From contig JAZDJN010000098.1 of the NCBI GenBank assembly GCA_043803945.1, forward strand, positions 26,947 to 90,946: a DNA stretch of 64,000 bases. Direction: 5' to 3'. Below, piece by piece: positions 50,813 through 59,098 of this stretch. Positions within the stretch are counted from its first letter, which is position 1. Every line of letters begins with the position of its first letter. Below the pieces are notes generated by a model, which saw only the letters and a program-made list of their open reading frames with translations, did no database searches and was not told the origin of the DNA. The position numbers and the translations under genes are program-made. The stretch comes from a bacterium. GTDB lineage: Bacteria; Bacteroidota; Ignavibacteria; UBA10030.

Positions 50813-52891
50813 ATGAAAACAAATATCTGCTTGGCAGTATTGGTGGTCTTCATTACTACGATTTTTTCACCGGCGATTGCCCAACAGCCTGAGCTTGTCG
50901 TTCAAACCGGACACACAGATAATGTCAACACAGTTGCTTTCAGCCCGGACGGCAAACTATTAGCGTCCGGGGGGAAAGACAGAGCAGTTATTCTCTGGGA
51001 CGTGAAGAGCGGTAAACGGATACGAACATTGACAGGTTTTTCTGATGAAATTAAAACTCTCTTATTCATTCCGGAGAGTAAGTTCTTTGTCTGTTCATCA
51101 AGGAGAGAAACAAAGTTGTGGGATATGGCAACGATGGAGGAGGTGAAAGGATTATCTCGCTTGGATGCAAAGACAAAAAAGGTGATCCAAGTACTTGAGG
51201 GATTACCACGGGATGTCAAGTTCAGCCCAGACTTGAAAATGCTTGCATTAGTTACGACAGGAGGCGATTCAGTACAAGTGTGGGACCTCAAATCCGGCAA
51301 ACCGCTATGGACGAGTGATCGACTCAAAGATAAGATTACTTCAATAGCATTTAATCCTGATAATACATTTCTTGCTGGAGGGGTCGAATCAAAAGATGGA
51401 ACAATCATGTTCCTGGATGCTGCGACAGGAAATGAGTTGAAGACCTTCACAACGGGTGGTACATCGCCGATCAAATCGATAGAGTTCAGTCGAGATGGCA
51501 AGGTTCTTCTCCTGGCTGGTAGGGCGGTAATCCGTTTGTGGGATGTCGAGAATGCGAGAGAGACAAAATCTCTCAGGGATCGTAACCGTACCACACTTAA
51601 TTTTGTTGATGTGAATGCAATTTCTCTAAGCCCGGATGGAACAGTACTGGCTTCGGCAAACTCAGATAAAGCGATTCGGCTATGGGAGTTCGATGTCATT
51701 AGGGCACGCACAACATTCTTACCTAAGCCTAATACAATCCTTGAAGGGTATACAAATCCTATCCAGCAAATTGCCCTTAGTGCTGATGGAAAACTCCTCG
51801 CAACGGCACATGGAAGAGGAGGAATGCTGGGAAGCGAGAAAGAATCTGTGCGACTGTGGGATCTTGCTGCGGGTCAAGCAATGAAAACATTCTCCGGCCA
51901 TTCTTCAACCGTGTTATGTGTAGCGTTTAGTCCAAATGGAATGCTCCTTGCTTCAGCCAGCATGGATCGCGTCATCAAGATCTGGGATATTTTGACCGGA
52001 GAGCAACTTCAAACACTCAACGCAGAAAGAACGGTCTATTCAGTGGCATTTAGTCTCGATGGAAAGAGACTTGCTTCAGGGGATGGCAATAAATATTTGA
52101 AGCTTTGGGATACCGATACATGGCAGGAGAGTAAGAGTATTCAACATGAAGACGCAGTGGTCGCAATCGCATACAGCCCTGATGGAAATATTTTCGCAAC
52201 TGGTGTCGGTACAAACATTGGGGTGGTACCATTTGCTAAAAATAGAGATATACAACTTTGGGATGCCATGACGGGGGAAGAAATCCGTTCTCTTAAAGAA
52301 CCAGGTCGCGGTGAAAGACTGCTCGACTATAAACCTGATGCACATTCACTTGCTTTCAGTCCGGATGGAAAAATACTTGCTGCCGGATGTAGTGATAAGA
52401 CGATAAAACTATGGGATGTTGCTACCGGAGAATTCCTTACCAGCTTCGAAGGGCATGCAGACGAAGTGCGCTCAATTGCTTTCAGCCCGGATGGCAAAAT
52501 GATTGCTTCATCAAGCGGCAGACACGAAGAAGGTGGCATTGACTTCAATGTTAAACTTTGGGAGCTTCGAACTGGCAAGGAATTGAAAACCTTTTCAGGT
52601 CACTCCAACGAAGTTTCCTCAGTAGTCTTCAGTCCGGATGGGAAATTCCTCATCTCGGGGAGTATGGATGGGAGAACAAAAATCTGGGATGTATTGACGG
52701 GGAAGGAGCTCATCACATTGATCGCTCTTGGAAAGGAAGATTGGATCGCGGTTACGCCCGATGGGCATTTCGATGGCTCAGCAGAAGGAATGAAGCTGAT
52801 TCACTATGTGCAAAATAATCAGATCATTCCTCTCAATAATCTGTTTGAGAAATTCCATACTCCGAAGTTATTGACTCGCATTCTCTATTAA
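50813..52891 (+). CDS. Exported WD40-repeat protein lacking the Ig and caspase domains
   Basis: Paralog of both neighbours but ends at FHTPKLLTRILY*, where they continue into Ig + caspase. Confidence 0.88.
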   Translation: MKTNICLAVLVVFITTIFSPAIAQQPELVVQTGHTDNVNTVAFSPDGKLLASGGKDRAVILWDVKSGKRIRTLTGFSDEIKTLLFIPESKFFVCSSRRETKLWDMATMEEVKGLSRLDAKTKKVIQVLEGLPRDVKFSPDLKMLALVTTGGDSVQVWDLKSGKPLWTSDRLKDKITSIAFNPDNTFLAGGVESKDGTIMFLDAATGNELKTFTTGGTSPIKSIEFSRDGKVLLLAGRAVIRLWDVENARETKSLRDRNRTTLNFVDVNAISLSPDGTVLASANSDKAIRLWEFDVIRARTTFLPKPNTILEGYTNPIQQIALSADGKLLATAHGRGGMLGSEKESVRLWDLAAGQAMKTFSGHSSTVLCVAFSPNGMLLASASMDRVIKIWDILTGEQLQTLNAERTVYSVAFSLDGKRLASGDGNKYLKLWDTDTWQESKSIQHEDAVVAIAYSPDGNIFATGVGTNIGVVPFAKNRDIQLWDAMTGEEIRSLKEPGRGERLLDYKPDAHSLAFSPDGKILAAGCSDKTIKLWDVATGEFLTSFEGHADEVRSIAFSPDGKMIASSSGRHEEGGIDFNVKLWELRTGKELKTFSGHSNEVSSVVFSPDGKFLISGSMDGRTKIWDVLTGKELITLIALGKEDWIAVTPDGHFDGSAEGMKLIHYVQNNQIIPLNNLFEKFHTPKLLTRILY

Positions 52892-52934
52892 GAATTGTGA
52901 TATCTTGAAAAATACATTGGTGTGATGGCTGATC

Positions 52935-55900
52935 ATGGGGATGGCAATGAAGACACGATTGATAATTGTCTCCTGGAGTGTCGTACTCTTAGCTGCGATG
53001 GCTTCGGATGGTTTTGCGCAGAAACCGGAAGTTGTTGTTCAAACCGGACACGCAGAAGAGATCACTACTATTGCATTCAGCTTGGACGGCAAGATATTGG
53101 CGTCTGGTGGTAAGGACAAAGCAGTGATTCTCTGGGACGTGAAGACCGGTAAACAGATGCGAACATTGGCAGGGCATGCCAATGATATTGGCAGAGTCTT
53201 GTTCCTCCCTAATAATAAACATGTTGCCTCATCATCTGCGGCAGAGGTCAAATTGTGGGATTTGGAAACAGGGAGGGAGGTGAAAGAAAAATCACGCCTG
53301 GATGGAAATACAAAAAAGATCGTGCAATTTCTTGAGGGATCACCGCGGGATATCAAGGTCAGCCCGAACTTGAAAATGCTTGCAGTGGCAAAAATAGGAG
53401 GTGACACTCTGCACATGTGGGACCTCAAATCCGGCAAACTCCTTTGGACTGTTGATCGGCATAAAAGCAATGTTTACTCGTTGACGTTCAGCCCTGACAA
53501 TGAGCTTCTTGCTGGAGCAATTGAATCGAACGATGGAACAATTGTGTTCTTTGATGTTGCATCGGGGAAAGAGCAAAAGACCCTCTCGACAGGAGTAAAG
53601 ATTAATTCGCTAGAGTTCAGCCGTGATGGAAAAGTCCTCCTCGTCGCCAGCGGAGCGGTAATCCGCTTTTGGGATATCGAGCAGGCGAAAGTGATAAAAA
53701 CTCTCAAAGGCCATTCATCTACTGTGAACTCACTTTCTCTCAGCCCTGATGGAACAGTGATAGCTTCGGGAAGCGCAGATAAATCGATCCGGCTATGGGA
53801 ACTCGACGCGATAATGCCAAGTATGATCCTCATAGGATACACGAGCCCTATCCAAAAAATTTCTCTTAGCGTTGATGGGAAGCTCCTCGCAACCGCACAT
53901 GGAAGCGAGGGAATACTAGGAAGTAGAAATGAGTCTGTGCGATTATGGGACCTTGCTACAGGTCAGGGAATTAAATCGTTCTCAGGACATTTAAGCACTG
54001 TTACCTGTGTTGCTGTTAGTCTGAATGGAAAGCTTCTCGCTTCCGGCAGTATGGATAACCGCGTCAAGATATGGGATATCTCGATTGGGAAGGAGCTTAA
54101 AACTCTCGATTCGAAGAGCACGGTATTCTCAGTCGCATTTAGTCTCGATGGTAAGACCCTTGCTACTGGAGGTAGCGATAAATATTTGAGACTCTGGGAT
54201 ACGGAATCATGGCAGGAGACTAAGAGCGCCCAGCACGAAGACGCGGTGCTTGCAATCGCATACAGTCCCAACGGAAAAATCCTCGCGACAGGCATTGGTT
54301 CCAGCATAGGATTGCCAAGTTTTTCTAAAAAGAGAGATATACAGCTTTGGGATGCGAAGACGGGGGAGGGAATCCGTTCTCTTAAAGAACCGGGTCGTGG
54401 CGAAAGACCACTCGATTGTCCGCCTGATATATATTCACTTTCTTTCAGCCCGGATGGGAAATTACTTGTAGCCGGATGCATCGATGGGACAATAAAAATT
54501 TGGGATATCGCTTCCGGGCAATTCCTTATAAGCATCGAAGCACATTCAAATTTTGTCCTCTCGGTTGCTTTCAGCCCGGATGGTAAACTGCTCGCTTCGT
54601 CGAGCGGTGGTGGTTATGGAACCAATGCTGACTTCAATATCAAACTCTGGGAGCTTCGAACGGGGCGGGAATTGAAAACTTTTTCAGGTCATTCCAACGG
54701 AGTCTCCTCTGTAGCTTTCAGCCCGGATGGGAAATTTCTCATCTCGGGTAGTATGGATGCGAAAACAAAGATCTGGGATGTGGCGACAGGTAAGGAGCTT
54801 GCAACATTGGTTGCCTTTGGCAAAAAAGATTGGGTTGTGATTACACCCGATGGACGGTTTGACGGCTCCAAAGAGGGAATGAAGCTGATTCACTACGTTC
54901 AAAAAAATCAGATTATTCCTCTCGATGCTCTGTTCGAGCAGTTCTATACACCGAAACTCCTGGCTCAAGTGCTGTCAGGCCAGGTGACCTCGCTGAAGCC
55001 GCCAGTGATAGATTTGTCGAAAGGGATGAAGCTGCCGCCGCTCATCCGGATCGTTTCACCCAAGGAAGGAGAATCACTCTCTACGGAATCGATAACGATA
55101 AGTGTTGAGGCAACCGACCAGGGTGGAGGGATCGATGAGATCCGTTTATATCAGAACGGCAAGCTTGTCTCGGAAGATCAACGCGGCATGAAGGTGGTCT
55201 CTACTGTTGGTGCCAAGAGGACAAAAGAATTCACGGTTACCTTGCTGCCGGGGATAAATGAGTTTTCTACGACAGCCTTCAATACTGATAGGACGGAATC
55301 AACTCCGGCGGTGCTGAAAATCATGCAGAGAGCAATGAGTTCGGGTGCTAATCTATACATCATAACTATTGGGATCAATGAGTATAAGAATGCGAAGTAT
55401 CGATTGAACTATGGAAAACCGGATGCGCAGGCGTTTCTGCAACGGATTGTCCAAAAAGCCGGTGGAATATTTGGAGCGATCAAGCAGAAGGAGATCTACG
55501 ATACAGATGCGATACGCGGTTCAATTGAAGGGACATTGAAAAGCATGATGTCAGAGGCAAGGCCGCAGGACGTCTTTGTATTCTTCTATGCAGGACATGG
55601 TGTAATGAGCGAAGGGGATGCAGGGACACCACCTGAGTTCTACCTGGTGCCGAGCGATGTGACGCAGTTGTATGGGAATGATGAAATGTTGAAGACGAAG
55701 GGGATATCAGCAAAGATGCTGCGGGAGTATTGTGCAGGAATTAAAGCACAGAAACAGTTGGTGGTGATCGATGCATGTCAGTCAGGAGGAGCAGTTGAGA
55801 CGTTTGCGATGCGGGGAGCGGCGGAGGAGAAGGCAATGATGCAGTTGGGGAGGAGTGCAGGAGTGGTAGTCTTGTCGTCAACAGGAACAGAGCAGTTTGC

Positions 55901-56123
55901 ATCGGAATTCAAACAGTTGGGCCATGGAGTTTTCACCTATGCACTGTTGAAGGGAATCGATGGAGCCGCAGATGGATCACCACTGGATGGAAAGATTACG
56001 GTGAAAGAGATTGAGGCGTATTTGAACGAGATGGTGCCTGAGTTGACGGCGCAGTATCGGGGATCGACACAATATCCAACTAGCTATTCCAAAGGACAGG
56101 ATTTCCCGCTGGTTGTTAAATGA
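52935..56123 (+). CDS. Exported WD40 + Ig-like + caspase-like protein
   Basis: Same architecture as 47309, same terminal SYSKGQDFPLVVK; start may be ATG 52947. Confidence 0.9.
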   Translation: MGMAMKTRLIIVSWSVVLLAAMASDGFAQKPEVVVQTGHAEEITTIAFSLDGKILASGGKDKAVILWDVKTGKQMRTLAGHANDIGRVLFLPNNKHVASSSAAEVKLWDLETGREVKEKSRLDGNTKKIVQFLEGSPRDIKVSPNLKMLAVAKIGGDTLHMWDLKSGKLLWTVDRHKSNVYSLTFSPDNELLAGAIESNDGTIVFFDVASGKEQKTLSTGVKINSLEFSRDGKVLLVASGAVIRFWDIEQAKVIKTLKGHSSTVNSLSLSPDGTVIASGSADKSIRLWELDAIMPSMILIGYTSPIQKISLSVDGKLLATAHGSEGILGSRNESVRLWDLATGQGIKSFSGHLSTVTCVAVSLNGKLLASGSMDNRVKIWDISIGKELKTLDSKSTVFSVAFSLDGKTLATGGSDKYLRLWDTESWQETKSAQHEDAVLAIAYSPNGKILATGIGSSIGLPSFSKKRDIQLWDAKTGEGIRSLKEPGRGERPLDCPPDIYSLSFSPDGKLLVAGCIDGTIKIWDIASGQFLISIEAHSNFVLSVAFSPDGKLLASSSGGGYGTNADFNIKLWELRTGRELKTFSGHSNGVSSVAFSPDGKFLISGSMDAKTKIWDVATGKELATLVAFGKKDWVVITPDGRFDGSKEGMKLIHYVQKNQIIPLDALFEQFYTPKLLAQVLSGQVTSLKPPVIDLSKGMKLPPLIRIVSPKEGESLSTESITISVEATDQGGGIDEIRLYQNGKLVSEDQRGMKVVSTVGAKRTKEFTVTLLPGINEFSTTAFNTDRTESTPAVLKIMQRAMSSGANLYIITIGINEYKNAKYRLNYGKPDAQAFLQRIVQKAGGIFGAIKQKEIYDTDAIRGSIEGTLKSMMSEARPQDVFVFFYAGHGVMSEGDAGTPPEFYLVPSDVTQLYGNDEMLKTKGISAKMLREYCAGIKAQKQLVVIDACQSGGAVETFAMRGAAEEKAMMQLGRSAGVVVLSSTGTEQFASEFKQLGHGVFTYALLKGIDGAADGSPLDGKITVKEIEAYLNEMVPELTAQYRGSTQYPTSYSKGQDFPLVVK

Positions 56124-57097
56124 AATTTGAGAGGTTCGCCATGATAAAGCTTATCACCTCACCATTTTTCTGTTTTATACTGTTTTGTATTCTACAGCCA
56201 TCCTTGAATGTGCAACAGGAGAAAGTGAATGTTATCTCCTGTCTTGCTGAAGAGGGAAACTATATTTGGATTGGCACCGGCAACGGTCTCGTGCGCCTCG
56301 AGAAAACTACAGGCGAGACACTCCGTTATACCAACTCAAACTCCAAGCTGCCGAACAATGAAATTACCTGCATCGCAATTGATAGTGCCAGGATTAAATG
56401 GATTGGAACTTCAGAAGGGCTCGCACGGTTCGACGGAACGTCCTGGCATGTTTTTACGATGTCAGACAGCGATATTCCTAACGATTACATCTCCACTCTT
56501 ACCATAGACCAGAAAGGATACATTTGGATCTGCACGAGCGATGGATTGATTCGTTATGATGGAATGCAGTGGAGCATTTACAATAAAAAAAATTCAAAAC
56601 TTCCATTCGTTCTCTTTAAAAATCTGGTTATCGATAAGAACGGTACTTTCTGGATTGGAACCTATAGCGATGGCTTGGTAAAATATGACGGTAAAAATTC
56701 GGTAACCTATATGACTAAACAGTATGGCATGCCAGGGAATGATGTTAAGGCCATTGCAATTGACGGAGAAGGGCATAAGTGGATCGTCACCGACGGCGGT
56801 GGATTGGTTCGCTACGATGATAAGAAATGGATTGCTTATCTGCCAACTTCCCAATATGCTGCCGAAATCAATACCATAGTTGTAGACGGAAAGCGGAACG
56901 TGTGGATCGGCATGGATGGGGGCGGATTGGGGAAATTCGACCGGCAAAAGTGGACAGCCTACAATACCGAGAATTCGAACATCCCTCAAAATGTCGTAAC
57001 CGCTCTTCTCATTGATGAGAGTGGTAACATCTGGGTTGGAACAGAGGATGGCCTTGCCAGGTTCGATGGATCGAAATGGACGAAGTTCACGTTCTAG
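56120..57097 (+). CDS. Beta-propeller protein of two-component-regulator-propeller (Reg_prop) type
   Basis: Repeats NS.LP.N.I..IAID..G..WIGT..GL.RFDG; ATGA overlap with the upstream caspase gene. Confidence 0.82.
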   Translation: MKFERFAMIKLITSPFFCFILFCILQPSLNVQQEKVNVISCLAEEGNYIWIGTGNGLVRLEKTTGETLRYTNSNSKLPNNEITCIAIDSARIKWIGTSEGLARFDGTSWHVFTMSDSDIPNDYISTLTIDQKGYIWICTSDGLIRYDGMQWSIYNKKNSKLPFVLFKNLVIDKNGTFWIGTYSDGLVKYDGKNSVTYMTKQYGMPGNDVKAIAIDGEGHKWIVTDGGGLVRYDDKKWIAYLPTSQYAAEINTIVVDGKRNVWIGMDGGGLGKFDRQKWTAYNTENSNIPQNVVTALLIDESGNIWVGTEDGLARFDGSKWTKFTF

Positions 57098-57451
57098 AAA
57101 CCTGGACGAAAAGTCCAACCACTGCGCCAGCGGCGCATCAGCCTCTGGCTGAGAAGGACACTAAGAACGCGAAGATTAAAAAGAGAAAAGAGCTCTTGAA
57201 AAAATAATTAATTCAACAGTTTTTCCTTTGAGCCCTTGGTGAACTTTGTGGTTTGATCATGTTCTTAACTTTTCGGTCAGATCTCTAGTCGACTGATTTG
57301 GTGATTACACAATAGCGAAGATCTAGTATTGATCTTTTATAATTGCTCAGGATAGTGCACCCAAAGGATAATTTGTTTTCCATTTGTTTATCTACAGGTA
57401 AGATAATAAGTGGATTTGTTGATGTAGTAATGGTCGCTGCGGAAATATTTT

Positions 57452-57570
57452 GTGGTTATCCAAAAAGTATTTTCTAACGCGAAGGCGTCCTCGCCGAGCA
57501 TAATAATTTGGCTATGCCCCTCGGCGAGACGCCATCGGGCTAGTGATATTATTTCATTTTGGACAACCTC
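57452..57570. mobile_element. MITE-like element GTGGTTATCCAAAA...TTTTGGACAACCTC
   Basis: Same TIR family; internal palindrome GGCGTCCTCGCCGAG...CTCGGCGAGACGCC. Confidence 0.6.
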
Positions 57571-57700
57571 AGAAAGATAAGTGAAAGTAGTAAGAGTAAT
57601 AAACAGGTTGAGTAAATTTGATCTTTTATTATAATGAAATCGATACAAACGAAAGCAAATAGTATCTACATACTCAGAGCAACTATAAAGGAGATTTCAT

Positions 57701-58423
57701 ATGCACTTCATTTTCGTGATTGAGAAATCGACAGGCGCAATCATTGACAAGAATGAAATCGAAGAAACGACTTCGGGTAATCGACTCGATGATGAACTAT
57801 CTTTCATCACCGAAATTGCACGGAAACAAATAGAAAGGAAATATCCCAGTCCGCAGTACGAGGTGGTCTCCTATACCGGACCCAACCTCGATCATGTCCT
57901 TGCTGCTCATCCCGAACTCAATCCCCAGCGGGCAAAGGTGAACTTTCGCATGGAAGGATCGCGCAAATCACTCCTCATTGTGAATGCCTCCGGATTGATG
58001 ATTGGCATTGTGTTGATCATTCTGTTATCGATCGCACGCCAATTTGCATGGAGTGGTTTTATCATCCTGGCGTGTACTATCCTCTTTTTCTACATGCTCA
58101 TCGATTATATTCTCTGGGAAATTCGGGGAATCAAGCTCGTCGAGATTGATGAGGAAGGTGTAACATTCTATCGCGGCATACGGAAGCGTAAAGTGAGAAT
58201 TGAAGCGACACAAATCACCGGCATCGATGAGTTCAAGAAGTTGCATCGGAAGGTGGTCAACATTCTCTTAGGCGGGGAGGCAGAAAAGGTGTTACCCGGT
58301 GTGACAATATTCGCCGGACCCCGATTGAGAATTACAAACGATGCGTTTCGCGACTTAGAGTTCAACCAATTTATCGAAAGAATACGAGCGCTCCATGGCA
58401 AGAGTTCTCTGACAGAAAATTAG
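57701..58423 (+). CDS. Hypothetical membrane protein (two TM helices, possibly PH-like C-terminus)
   Basis: AAGGAG RBS, 240 aa ORF, two central hydrophobic segments; upstream TTGAGT-16-TATAAT at 57608-57635. Confidence 0.65.
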   Translation: MHFIFVIEKSTGAIIDKNEIEETTSGNRLDDELSFITEIARKQIERKYPSPQYEVVSYTGPNLDHVLAAHPELNPQRAKVNFRMEGSRKSLLIVNASGLMIGIVLIILLSIARQFAWSGFIILACTILFFYMLIDYILWEIRGIKLVEIDEEGVTFYRGIRKRKVRIEATQITGIDEFKKLHRKVVNILLGGEAEKVLPGVTIFAGPRLRITNDAFRDLEFNQFIERIRALHGKSSLTEN

Positions 58424-58597
58424 AGTAATGTGTATTCCATCAGCTGAGGTATCTGCCAATATCGATGGAGTTCTCATTCTGAGAAATTCACCTTTTGGCG
58501 ATCTTGGCGTTTTGCCCGCCTGCCCACTTAGTTCATTTATGTCGGGCAGGGCGGTTCAATTTTAATACCAGTAAATATCATAAATAGGAGGCTTACC

Positions 58598-59032
58598 ATG
58601 TATTGTTCATCCTGCGGTTCGGAAAATGTATCGCAAGGCATGCGATGCGAAAAGTGCCATAAATACTCTGCGTGGTTTTGGTATAATGCATATGCAGCAT
58701 TCCTGCTCCTCACAACAATTCTAGCGAATGGGTGGCTTATGATGATTGCCGTCCCGCAAGTTGCTGAGCGCTATGCTGCCTCAGGGCAGATGATGCCTCT
58801 CTCCTTGCGGACTCTGAGTGATGGAAATTACTTCATCATAACAGCGCTTCCCTGGATAGTAGGAATTCTTATTATTCTCGGAATCGTCAAGTGGCGTATG
58901 AAAGCTCCGCTACCGAGATTGCTGAAAAATGGTTTGGTCCTGAGTGTTGTGGCATGGCTGGTAACTTCAGGATTTCTCGTTCTTGTTGTGCGTGCATGCC
59001 GACATGTGGCGCCGATTATTGGCCATAACTAA
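58598..59032 (+). CDS. Zinc-ribbon membrane protein
   Basis: AGGAGG RBS; MYCSSCG...CEKC followed by three hydrophobic segments. Confidence 0.65.
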   Translation: MYCSSCGSENVSQGMRCEKCHKYSAWFWYNAYAAFLLLTTILANGWLMMIAVPQVAERYAASGQMMPLSLRTLSDGNYFIITALPWIVGILIILGIVKWRMKAPLPRLLKNGLVLSVVAWLVTSGFLVLVVRACRHVAPIIGHN

Positions 59033-59098
59033 AACGTCTGTGAAATCTCTCATGAGTGATGTTCCGCTTCACAAGGATAAAAACGTTTTTTTAGGAAT

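Noticed and set aside
47536-54535. Long minus-strand ORFs opposite WD40 genes (e.g. 50902-51711, 47536-48156, 53963-54535)
   Set aside because: Antisense shadows of repetitive coding sequence
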